Part shown: one piece after another, positions 23,161 to 32,363 of the stretch
How the letters are laid out: the number at the start of each line of letters is the position of its first letter
Numbering within the stretch: the stretch's first letter is position 1
Origin: Fibrobacter sp.
GTDB lineage: Bacteria > Fibrobacterota > Fibrobacteria > Fibrobacterales > Fibrobacteraceae
Assembly: GCA_017475045.1 (NCBI GenBank)
Contig: JAFVGH010000128.1
Location: 22,779-86,778, forward strand
Direction: 5' to 3'
Length of the DNA: 64,000 nucleotides
Notes under the pieces: model-generated
The model's database searches: none
The model's input: the letters and a program-made list of their open reading frames with translations, nothing else
What the model was told of the DNA's origin: nothing
Position numbers and translations under genes: made by a program

Positions 23161-26100
23161 CTACTTTTCTGTGGCGGTAAACACGCCGTCCCAGGTTTCA
23201 CCGGTCGCTACAGGCGGATTCATCTTGTAGGTTTCGCAGCGCTTGATATACACGTGTGATGGAGTGGTCTTGGAACCCGGATCCCTGTCGGGGTGGTGGG
23301 GTTCATAGTCCAGGCATTCCGTGAACAGTTCCTTGGCCTTGTCCCATTCCATGGCCAGGTAGGCATTGCGGGCCTGTTCCCAGATTTCCACCAGCTTCTT
23401 TAGGTCACTTTCGTTTTCGCAACCGGGCTTTGCCAGCAGTTCGAATGTCTTTACAGGTTGGCTCTTGCCTATTACGCGGATGGTGTCCAGTGAGCGGTAG
23501 ATGAAACGTCCTTCGTCCAAATGCTTCTGGGTGTCTTCGCTTATCTGGATATAGGCGCCGTACTGCTTGGCGGCACTTTCCAGACGGGCGGCCAGGTTCA
23601 CGGCGTCTCCCATCATGGTGTAGTTCTTGCGCATGGTGGAACCCATGTTTCCGGTCACGATGTCGCCGGAGTTGATACCGATTCTCATGTGCATGTCATG
23701 GACCACTTTTGGCCACTTGTCGCCTTCGCTGGCCCATTTCTTGCGGAGTTCCATAAGCTTGGTCTGCATGTCTACTGCGCTATCGCAGGCACTTTGGGCG
23801 TGGTTCGGCAGGGGCATGGGGGCTCCGAAGAAGGCGATGATGGCGTCTCCCTCGTACTTGTCCAAGGTGCCCTTGTTGAACAGCAGGGTGTCTGTCATGG
23901 CGGTCAGGTACTCGTTCAGCAGTTCCACCAGTTTGCTTGGGTCCCCAATCTTTTCGGAGAAGGTGGAGAAACTTGCGATATCGGTAAAGTAGGCGGTGAT
24001 GTTGGATTTTTCGCCACCCAGGGTAGGCATGATTTCGCTGTTCACCATTTCGTCGATAAGTTCGGGAGAAATATACTGTTTGAAGGCGTTATCCAGGAAT
24101 CGCTTTTCTTTGGTCTCAAAGTAGAACTGGATAATCAGGGCCACGATGTTGGTAATCAGTATGGCGAAAATCTGCTTGGAAGCTCCGATGTAGAGCCCCT
24201 GCTGGAAATAATGGTAGGCGATGGCGAGGTAGCCGCCCATCATGATAACGGAGAGGGCGATGGAGATATAGCTCTTTACGTAGAGACCAATCAGTAAGCA
24301 AACAATTGCCAAAAGGATGACGATGATTTGCTGGTAATGCTCTTGCAGGGTTACAAGGAAGTCGTCGTTTAGAATGTTCTGGAGAATGGTGGCGTGGGTC
24401 AGCACGCCAGGGTAGTTTTCTTCGTGGGGGGCGGTCACAAAGTCGAACAGGGCCGGTGCTGCCGAACCCAGGATAAAGATTTTTCCCTGGAAAAGTCCCG
24501 GGTCCACACGGTTCTTTGTAATGTCATAATAGGAGAGATGCTGGAATACCCGCTCGGATTCCGCTGTATTGTAACGGCCCTTGTAATTGATCTGGTAATG
24601 TCCCCAACGGTCAATGGGGATTCGCTTAACCTTTCCGAAACGGATTTCTCTACCGGGTTGTAAGTTGTTGATCCGTTCCTCGGATGTGTTGATGATGTCT
24701 GTGAGAACATCGTGGTTCAAGATGACCAGGTTGGAAACCCATTTCTTGTTTGTAATATCGTAATGGATGTCCATGTCCATAGAGATATGGGTGGGCCTGT
24801 TCGGCAAGAGGTTCTGTAGGGAGTCGGCAAAGTATTTGATGGTCTTTACAATGTAAGGCGTGATGACGGCCTCTTCGTCTTCTTCGCTGTCTGTCAGGAC
24901 AAAGCGATTGGCTCCTTCTTCGTCTCGCTTGATGGTTATGTTGTCTGCAACTTCCTTCTCCTCGTCTTCTCCCAGGGAATCTAGCATGGCTGCGTCTATT
25001 TCAAAAAGTGCGTCGGACAGAGTCTCGTTCAGAACCTGTCCTTCAAAAATTTCAAAGGTGACCTTGCCTTCGTTGTTCTTTGTGGCAATAATCTTGGAGG
25101 AAACGTCGATGAACTGGCTGTTTTCTTCGGGTTTCTTGGCCGCTTCCTTGATTTTTTTCTGGAGGGCTAAGAACATGGGGTAGCTGAACTGGGGGAAAGT
25201 AGTATGGTAGAATCCGGAGGAATCCTTATAGATGCCGAAGGGTTTTCCCAGCTCCACGTATTTTCCCATCTTGATTTTCACGTTTTCCGGTTTTTGATGG
25301 AAAAGGTGTAGGAGGGTCATCATGGGCATGGTGGAATAGATCTTGCTTTCTACGCCGGGGTACAGTTCTGGATTGGGAAAGCGGTAGAGTAGCGATACGC
25401 GCCGGACTACGCCGTCGTCGTCGGGGTAGGCATTTACGGAGCCCATTTTGGCGCCAGCACGGGCTAGTTCCGGGAAGATGTTGTCCAGCAGGTCCTTGGG
25501 TTCTATGTTTTGGGCGGAGTCGGCCTGGGAAAGTTCAAAAGTGGAACTGAACCCGATTTCATCGGCTCGTTCTGTGGTGCTGAGGGGTTTCCATTGGGAT
25601 TCGTGCTTGTAGGATTGGTAGCTGTCAAAGATGTTGCAGACGATGGCGTTTCGGCTTTCCTTGACCGCATTCACCAACATGGAATCGTAATTGTAGAACG
25701 TCCGGATGTCTTCTCCCAGTGAATCCCAGGGTGTTTCCGGGCTGAGCTTGTTCAGCATGGTGGTGACCTGCTGTGTCTTCTGCTCGCCAAAATCGGCGTT
25801 CTTAAACAGAATATCGAATCCGATGGCCGATGCTCCTCCGTTGTGAAGGTTTTTCACCACGTCGGCGTGAATCGATCGGTCCCAGGTATTGTAGTTCCCT
25901 AGCTTCGCTAGCGAAGGTTCGTCAATGTCAACAATGAAAATGTTCGGGTCGTAATTGCTGTTCAGGGCGTTCTTGTCGCTTACATTGTCAAGGTCGCGGG
26001 TCTTGCCGGTCTTTACCTTGAAGAACATGTCATAGAAAAGGTATTCTACAGATTCTGCGGCATTGCGGGTAGCATCCACTTGCGGGTTTTGTACGTTTCC

Positions 26101-26187
26101 TAGGTAGAGAATGAGAAACACAATGCCTGTTGTAAGGCAGAAACCTATCAGGAGCTTCTTCAGTTTTTTTGACACTTTTATTTGCAT
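23161..26187 (-). CDS. CHASE2-domain class III adenylate/guanylate cyclase
   Basis: IVDIDEPSL, IGFDILF, DDDGVVRR, GKIFILGS, PGVLTHA (CHASE2); TM helices; FTDIASFS, DKYEGDAIIAFFGAP, RIGINSG, GDAVNLAARLE. Confidence 0.92.
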   Translation of the reverse strand: MQIKVSKKLKKLLIGFCLTTGIVFLILYLGNVQNPQVDATRNAAESVEYLFYDMFFKVKTGKTRDLDNVSDKNALNSNYDPNIFIVDIDEPSLAKLGNYNTWDRSIHADVVKNLHNGGASAIGFDILFKNADFGEQKTQQVTTMLNKLSPETPWDSLGEDIRTFYNYDSMLVNAVKESRNAIVCNIFDSYQSYKHESQWKPLSTTERADEIGFSSTFELSQADSAQNIEPKDLLDNIFPELARAGAKMGSVNAYPDDDGVVRRVSLLYRFPNPELYPGVESKIYSTMPMMTLLHLFHQKPENVKIKMGKYVELGKPFGIYKDSSGFYHTTFPQFSYPMFLALQKKIKEAAKKPEENSQFIDVSSKIIATKNNEGKVTFEIFEGQVLNETLSDALFEIDAAMLDSLGEDEEKEVADNITIKRDEEGANRFVLTDSEEDEEAVITPYIVKTIKYFADSLQNLLPNRPTHISMDMDIHYDITNKKWVSNLVILNHDVLTDIINTSEERINNLQPGREIRFGKVKRIPIDRWGHYQINYKGRYNTAESERVFQHLSYYDITKNRVDPGLFQGKIFILGSAAPALFDFVTAPHEENYPGVLTHATILQNILNDDFLVTLQEHYQQIIVILLAIVCLLIGLYVKSYISIALSVIMMGGYLAIAYHYFQQGLYIGASKQIFAILITNIVALIIQFYFETKEKRFLDNAFKQYISPELIDEMVNSEIMPTLGGEKSNITAYFTDIASFSTFSEKIGDPSKLVELLNEYLTAMTDTLLFNKGTLDKYEGDAIIAFFGAPMPLPNHAQSACDSAVDMQTKLMELRKKWASEGDKWPKVVHDMHMRIGINSGDIVTGNMGSTMRKNYTMMGDAVNLAARLESAAKQYGAYIQISEDTQKHLDEGRFIYRSLDTIRVIGKSQPVKTFELLAKPGCENESDLKKLVEIWEQARNAYLAMEWDKAKELFTECLDYEPHHPDRDPGSKTTPSHVYIKRCETYKMNPPVATGETWDGVFTATEK

Positions 26188-26231
26188 ATTGTCAATAATA
26201 ATAAATGGGTTTTAATTATATTTCTAGTGCA

Positions 26232-29123
26232 ATGGCGAAGGAGAGCATTTTGGCTGCACAGAAAAAGAAATCAAGTCGCAAGTCATCTACGGCGAAATCG
26301 GAAAAGGTCGAAACATCAGAAGAGCGTTCCCTAGGGGCCATGGTCTTGGGTTACGGGCTTATCGCCGTGTCCGCTATAGCCCTGCTGTCTTGCATTAGCG
26401 TTGTGTATGTAGGTTCCGAAAAGGGAATCATGACTCGTTTTGGGGATTTCCTGAACTTTGCCTTCGGCAAGCTGCCCGTGATTTTCATTATCCTGTCCGT
26501 GATGCTTTGGGGACTGTTCATCACTTTCCAGGGGCTTCGCAAGAAGTTGTTCCGAGTGGCACTCGGGCTTTCTATTGTAGGGCTCGATTTGTGTGTGTTG
26601 ATGTCCATTCCGGTTCATGGCAAGGCCAATGTTTCTGAAGATGTATTTATGATGCGTGGCGGAATCGTTGGACGTTTTTTGGATTCCAACGTGATAGGCC
26701 CCCTTTGTGGTGATGTACTGTTCATTCCGGTGATTATCTTGTCCCTTGTTTTGGTGGCTGTGCTGTTTTTCTGTTTTGGACTTCGCTTCGGGCATTTTGT
26801 ATCCCTGTTCCGCAAGATCCGCGGTGTGAAAGAGAAGGCTCCCGAAGGGGATGATGGTGCCGAAGAGGCTGAATCCGACGAGACGACAACCGTCCGGAAG
26901 GGAATCACCATGGATGGCGATACCACCATCTTTAACATTCCCGATGCATATAGGACCAAGCATAAGGGCGTACTCAAGCCTTTCAGTGCCCGCAAGAACT
27001 GGATGGAAGCGGTAGGCACTACCGGCGTAGAAACGACCGTGGATAGGACGGTGGAAGGAACCCTTGTGGAGGGAACCTTTGGAACTGTCGCGGAGACGCC
27101 TGTGCCGAAGCCCTTAGGCGAAGATCCCGAAATTTTGCGCCTGGAACAGGAGCTTCGTGAAAATGGCGCCCGCATGAGTGCGTTGGAAATTCGTGAAATC
27201 CGTAACAAGATTGCCGAAATCCGCCGCGCCCGAGAAGAGATTAACTGGGAGAACGAACGTAAGGGCAACCTGGTGGTGAAGGGCGCAGTCCGCGGTGGCG
27301 ACGACGAAACTGTGGCTGCTGGGCCGGTCAGTTCCGAAGATGAGACGGCAATCGCTGGAGCTACCGTTGTCGCTGGCTCGCAGCCGGCGGTTGATGAGGA
27401 ACCGACCCTTCGTGGCGAAGATGTTTCGGAAGGCGAAGAAATCGAGCCTCCTGCAGAATCAGTTGAAGACGACGATGACTTTATCCCTCAGGTGGTGACC
27501 TCTGACGAAGTGGATTCGGACCCGAGCTACGCAGCGCCGAACCAGATAGGCACTTCTTCTGGTGGAACTACAGCTACGGGTGGTGCGGCCAATGGCATTC
27601 CTCAGCCTGACCCGACGGTACATTTCGACCCGTACCGCATTCCCTCCGTTGATGAAATTTTGGATGCCCATGATCCGCAGCCTGCCGATTACACTGTAGA
27701 AGAGCTGAACGAAATAGGCCACATGCTTGAAGAAAAACTGGAAAACTTCAAGGTGAAGGGCAAAGTGGTGGGCTGCGAGACAGGGCCTGTCATTACACGG
27801 TTTGAGGTGGAACCTGGCCCAGGCGTGAAGGTGAGCCAGTTCAGCGCCCTGCAAGATGACCTGGCCATGGCCCTGAAGGCGGTTTCTATCCGTATCCTGG
27901 CGCCCATTCCCGGCAAAGGAGCTGTGGGTATTGAGATTCCCAACCGCAAGATGCAGACCATCTTCGGTCGAGACATTTTCGAGAGCGATGCCTTCAAGCC
28001 TACTCCCGATAAGATTGTGATGGCTCTCGGCAAGGATATTTCTGGTGAACCCTTTGCCATGGATTTGGCGAAGGCTCCCCACCTGATGATTGCTGGTCAG
28101 ACCGGTTCCGGTAAGTCTGTCTGTATTAACGCCCTTATGGCAAGCATGCTCCTCAGCAAGACTCCCGATGACTTGCGCATGATTCTCGTGGACCCGAAGG
28201 CAGTGGAATTGAAGATGTACGAGAACATCCCGCACCTGTTGGCTCCGGTGATTACCAAACCCGAAGTGGCCATACAGGCCCTCCAGTGGCTCTGTTACGA
28301 AATGGACCGTCGTACCGAGGTGTTGGCCCTTGCTAAGGTGCGTAACCTTAATGGTTTTAACGAGAAGTTCGAGGCCGGAACCCTTCCTGACGATGTTCCC
28401 GATACCGATCGCGGTCACCGCATGGCCTTTATCGTGGTGATTATCGACGAGATGGCTGACTTGATGATGGTGGCGGGCAAGGAAATCGAAAAGAATGTAA
28501 GCCGCCTTGCCGCTAAGGCTCGTGCCGTGGGAATTCATTTGGTTCTTGCTACCCAGCGCCCCTCGGTAAAGGTGATTACCGGTAACATCAAGGCGAACCT
28601 GCCTACGCGTATCAGTTTCAAGGTGGCTTCCCAGGTGGATGCCCGTACTGTGATGGACCATGCCGGTGCCGAAAAACTTCTCGGTCGTGGCGACATGCTT
28701 TACAAGGCAGTGAACGCTCCCGACCCGGTCCGTGTTCACGGAGCCTTCCTCAGCGACGAAGAGGCGGAACGCTTGGCCGACGCATGCTCCAACCAGAATG
28801 TCTGTTACCCGCAGCTGGAATCCTTCGAGGTTGCCGAAGAGGGCGCCGAAGACGAAGACGGTGAAGGAAATGGAGCCTTGAGTGAGAAAAAGGACAAGTT
28901 GCTGTTCGAGGTGGCCAAGTGGGCCATCGAGTGCGGCAACGGCCTTTCTACATCGGCGGTGCAACGCCACTTTAGCGTGGGTTATAGCCGTGCGGGCAAG
29001 ATTGTGGACCAACTTTATGGCCTGGGCCTTTGCGCCCGCAGTACCGGCAACTCCAAGCCTCGCGCTATGCTTGTCGACATGGACCAGCTCATGCAACTGG
29101 AACGCTCTGGAAAATTCGGGTAA
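26232..29123 (+). CDS. ftsK: DNA translocase FtsK
   Basis: N-terminal TM domain, acidic linker, PHLMIAGQTGSGKSV, IIDEMADLMM, HLVLATQRPS, AEKLLGRGDML, gamma domain VQRHFSVGYSRAG; start taken at ATG 26232. Confidence 0.95.
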   Translation: MAKESILAAQKKKSSRKSSTAKSEKVETSEERSLGAMVLGYGLIAVSAIALLSCISVVYVGSEKGIMTRFGDFLNFAFGKLPVIFIILSVMLWGLFITFQGLRKKLFRVALGLSIVGLDLCVLMSIPVHGKANVSEDVFMMRGGIVGRFLDSNVIGPLCGDVLFIPVIILSLVLVAVLFFCFGLRFGHFVSLFRKIRGVKEKAPEGDDGAEEAESDETTTVRKGITMDGDTTIFNIPDAYRTKHKGVLKPFSARKNWMEAVGTTGVETTVDRTVEGTLVEGTFGTVAETPVPKPLGEDPEILRLEQELRENGARMSALEIREIRNKIAEIRRAREEINWENERKGNLVVKGAVRGGDDETVAAGPVSSEDETAIAGATVVAGSQPAVDEEPTLRGEDVSEGEEIEPPAESVEDDDDFIPQVVTSDEVDSDPSYAAPNQIGTSSGGTTATGGAANGIPQPDPTVHFDPYRIPSVDEILDAHDPQPADYTVEELNEIGHMLEEKLENFKVKGKVVGCETGPVITRFEVEPGPGVKVSQFSALQDDLAMALKAVSIRILAPIPGKGAVGIEIPNRKMQTIFGRDIFESDAFKPTPDKIVMALGKDISGEPFAMDLAKAPHLMIAGQTGSGKSVCINALMASMLLSKTPDDLRMILVDPKAVELKMYENIPHLLAPVITKPEVAIQALQWLCYEMDRRTEVLALAKVRNLNGFNEKFEAGTLPDDVPDTDRGHRMAFIVVIIDEMADLMMVAGKEIEKNVSRLAAKARAVGIHLVLATQRPSVKVITGNIKANLPTRISFKVASQVDARTVMDHAGAEKLLGRGDMLYKAVNAPDPVRVHGAFLSDEEAERLADACSNQNVCYPQLESFEVAEEGAEDEDGEGNGALSEKKDKLLFEVAKWAIECGNGLSTSAVQRHFSVGYSRAGKIVDQLYGLGLCARSTGNSKPRAMLVDMDQLMQLERSGKFG

Positions 29124-29137
29124 GTTTGCGGCTTTGT

Positions 29138-30598
29138 CTACCTGAGAGAAATTGACAACATGGTAATGTCGTCGAATTGTTCGGCATCACCCACAAAAGC
29201 TTGCAGGTCTTCCTTAATCTGAGTCAAGAATGCTTTGCCGCCACGGACATCGGCCGAATTGAGCTTTTTCAGTAGCCTCTCTTCGCCGTAAAGTTCCCCT
29301 GAGCCGTTGTGCGCTTCGGTTAATCCGTCTGTATAGATTAAAAGGCTGTCGCCATCCTGTAATTGAATCTCGGATTCCTTGTACTGTGTATCGTCCATGC
29401 CTGCAAGGAATAACCCATGCTTGTTCTTCAAAAATTCAAAATTTTCGCCCTTTCTTGCAAAACAGGGGGCGTTGTGGCCTGCATTGGTGAAATTCATGAT
29501 GCGAGTCTTGGTGTCTAGAATGCCAATCCATGCTGTGGCAAACATTTCTTCGGGGTTGTTTTCGCACAGGATTCGGTTGACATCGGTAAAGATCTGAGCC
29601 GTGGACAGTTTCATCGAAGCATGGTCTTTGATCATCGTCTTCACGGTCATCGAGAAGAGGGCCGCGGGAACACCTTTGCCCGAAATATCGGCGATGACAA
29701 ATGCAATATGCGTGCCGTCGATTTCAAAGAAATCGTAAAAATCTCCGCCGACCTCCTTGGCTGTGTCCATGGTCGCATAGAGGTTTACATCGGGGTGGTT
29801 GACAAAAGCTTTCTCTACGGAAGGAAGAGAACCTGTTTGAATGTTTGCGGCAAGGTTCAGGTCGGTTTCAACGGCCACTATTTTCTCACGATTCTTGACG
29901 AATCTGTTCGTATTTACATTTGTTGTAAAGAAGGTGAGCGCGATGGCGGATGAAAGACTGGTTTCTAGATAATTTTCATCAAGTTCCAAGATGAATAGCT
30001 GAATAAACTCAATTCCTGCAATCAAAAAGGAGGTTATCAAAATACACCGACCGTAGAATTTCATTTCTGCATTTGATTTTCGGCGTAGGATTAAGTAATA
30101 GATGGACTGTATCAATGGTGAACCAGCGTACATGAAAGCAATCGGTACCAAGCAATAATCAAAGATTATGCCATATTGAATTTCTCCATGTTCGTTGATG
30201 GAATATACTAGGCCGGTCCAAGGTGTCGTTAGGCATAAAATAACGGTAAGAACGGTGGGTGCGATAAATAGCGCGTAGTGTAATTTTTTTGAACTCATCT
30301 TGAGTCCAAATTGATTCAACGAGAATCGCGTAAACATCGATGTCCCAAGCATCATTGCAATTGCAAAAATATAGGCGCAGGCGTAGTTAAGGATCTTGTA
30401 TGTGGGATTCCCGTCTACAAAATGCCAGATTCCGTCAAAAGCGGATAAGACCGTTGCCGATACAAGCATGATGGAAAGTTTGTCCTTGAAACTCATCTTG
30501 TACAGCACGATGTTGTTGTATAACATGAATGCGGTTAGCAAGGTCGTGAAAACGGATATTTCTACAAACAGGGTATCTGCAATTTGTTCATAGGTCAT
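29138..30598 (-). CDS. Membrane-bound PP2C/SpoIIE-family serine phosphatase (RsbU-like)
   Basis: About 7 N-terminal TM helices; VGGDFYDF, IADISGKG, NAGH, YTDGLTEA, DDITM. Confidence 0.9.
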   Translation of the reverse strand: MTYEQIADTLFVEISVFTTLLTAFMLYNNIVLYKMSFKDKLSIMLVSATVLSAFDGIWHFVDGNPTYKILNYACAYIFAIAMMLGTSMFTRFSLNQFGLKMSSKKLHYALFIAPTVLTVILCLTTPWTGLVYSINEHGEIQYGIIFDYCLVPIAFMYAGSPLIQSIYYLILRRKSNAEMKFYGRCILITSFLIAGIEFIQLFILELDENYLETSLSSAIALTFFTTNVNTNRFVKNREKIVAVETDLNLAANIQTGSLPSVEKAFVNHPDVNLYATMDTAKEVGGDFYDFFEIDGTHIAFVIADISGKGVPAALFSMTVKTMIKDHASMKLSTAQIFTDVNRILCENNPEEMFATAWIGILDTKTRIMNFTNAGHNAPCFARKGENFEFLKNKHGLFLAGMDDTQYKESEIQLQDGDSLLIYTDGLTEAHNGSGELYGEERLLKKLNSADVRGGKAFLTQIKEDLQAFVGDAEQFDDITMLSISLR

Positions 30599-30600
30599 AT

Positions 30601-32322
30601 TTATGCCTCGAATTTTACCTTGAATGTGTTACGGTTGTAACTCATGGTCGTTAGGTACATCTTGTTATTTTTCATTTTTTCCATGTAACCCGAAACCATG
30701 AACTCGGTTATGGATCCCGCGATTACATCGTCGCTTGATAAGTCGAATAAAACTCCATCGTCCTTGGTGATAATCTGGATTCCATCTTCGCGAATAAAGA
30801 CGGAACATTCCGCATAGGTAGTCTTGTTCCCGTTTTTCTCGAAAACAAGCATAAATAGTTCTTCAATGAGCAATTTGACTTTGGCTATGTTTTTTTTGCT
30901 GATGCCATTTTCCCGGAGGTATCGCTCTATCTGTTTTTGAACATCAATAATCGATTCCGGTTCCAGCTTAAGTTCGTAAAAGCGGTAGTTCAGCCGTTTT
31001 TCTTTATCTGCAAGTAGCAGAGGGTAGTTTTCTTTGCCGTATTTGGTGCGGATAAATAGTGTCGAGACGATGTAGGCGAAAATAGTCGAAAGGGCTATCC
31101 CGGTAAAGAACCCGTAAATTCCAAATTTTTCGCCGAGAATGAATAGGAGGGGGGCGGCGACAATCACGTCGCGTAATCCGCAGAGAAGTGCCCCAAGAAA
31201 AATCTTGTCGATGAGCAGATAATACGAAGAGAGCAAGTAGAGAAGACTGGTTCCGGTGAGCCCAAGTGCAATAATGCGTGCCCCGTTGATGGCCGCCTCG
31301 GCGATTTTTGGATTCTCGATGCCATAAATTTTTACGATGAGTGGAGCCGCTGCCGCTATGATGGCGGTCATTAAAACCCCTTCAACAATAGCCGCTTTCT
31401 GCGCAAGCTTGTAGCAATTTTTAATGCCGCGGTAGGATTCTTCGCCTAGATAGATGTTGATGAGGGGTGTAATGGCCTCTCCGATGCCGTCAAAAATAAT
31501 CTGAAACTCTTTTGCAAAGAAAATAACGGAGGCAATAATCAGCATTTCAGAACCGAATGCGAATGTGATGTATTTTTCGACAATCACGGCAAAGCAGGCG
31601 AAAAATAGATAGGTGCTCGCATCGATCGTACTGTATTTCGCTATGTGAAAAATTTTTGCAATTGAAAAGTGAAATCCGATTTTTAGCGAGTTTCCTTTCT
31701 TGAATAAGTGGAGGCTTGTCACTAAAAGCGCAAGTGCTGTACCGATAAACGAACCCAGGGCGATACCTTCGATGCCCATGGATTTTGCCAAGATGATGGA
31801 GAGGGCGATGTTGACAACTAGCTGTAAGATGCCTGCGATTGTGCTAATCGTGTCGTCTCCATCTGAAAATACGGCTTCGCACATCAGTAGGAATAAAGGC
31901 AAAATCAGAATGGTTAGCTTGTACCAAAAGAAATACTGCTTGGCCTGTTCAAAAACAGCGGGGGTCGCTTCAAAAAAATGGAGATAGGTGTCGCCCAACA
32001 GCGTAAAGGCAAAGAACAAGAGTACGCCTATGCTAACAGCAGCGGTCAATCCGACCCTGAAATACTGGGTTGCTTTCGCTTGATCGAATTCTCCCATGGC
32101 GCGGTTGTACAAGATGGGAACGCCAATCGAAAGGATTCCGCCAAAAAAAGCGGCTAGGGAATATGCGGGGGTTACGAGGCTGATGCCGGCGACGCTCGTT
32201 TCTCCTAATACAAGGCCTGCAATCACGGAATCCGACAGCAACAGGATTGGAACGACAATCATGTAGACTGTTCCCGAAACCAGTAGCGAAAGAAATTTTT
32301 TAGACAGAAATGTCTTGCTCAT
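30601..32322 (-). CDS. MATE-family transporter fused to a C-terminal HATPase_c/RsbW-like domain
   Basis: About 12 TM helices with MATE motifs (DSVIAGLVLGETSVAGISL, VNIALSIIL...MGIEGIALGS); soluble tail LLIEELFMLVFEK...TKDDGVLFDL. Confidence 0.8.
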   Translation of the reverse strand: MSKTFLSKKFLSLLVSGTVYMIVVPILLLSDSVIAGLVLGETSVAGISLVTPAYSLAAFFGGILSIGVPILYNRAMGEFDQAKATQYFRVGLTAAVSIGVLLFFAFTLLGDTYLHFFEATPAVFEQAKQYFFWYKLTILILPLFLLMCEAVFSDGDDTISTIAGILQLVVNIALSIILAKSMGIEGIALGSFIGTALALLVTSLHLFKKGNSLKIGFHFSIAKIFHIAKYSTIDASTYLFFACFAVIVEKYITFAFGSEMLIIASVIFFAKEFQIIFDGIGEAITPLINIYLGEESYRGIKNCYKLAQKAAIVEGVLMTAIIAAAAPLIVKIYGIENPKIAEAAINGARIIALGLTGTSLLYLLSSYYLLIDKIFLGALLCGLRDVIVAAPLLFILGEKFGIYGFFTGIALSTIFAYIVSTLFIRTKYGKENYPLLLADKEKRLNYRFYELKLEPESIIDVQKQIERYLRENGISKKNIAKVKLLIEELFMLVFEKNGNKTTYAECSVFIREDGIQIITKDDGVLFDLSSDDVIAGSITEFMVSGYMEKMKNNKMYLTTMSYNRNTFKVKFEA

Positions 32323-32363
32323 TCATTTAAATATAATAATAGGTTGGAAAAATGGTAATTTGA

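Noticed and set aside
27459-29096. 545-aa minus-strand ORF
   Set aside because: Antisense to ftsK with no motifs; typical codon-bias shadow.
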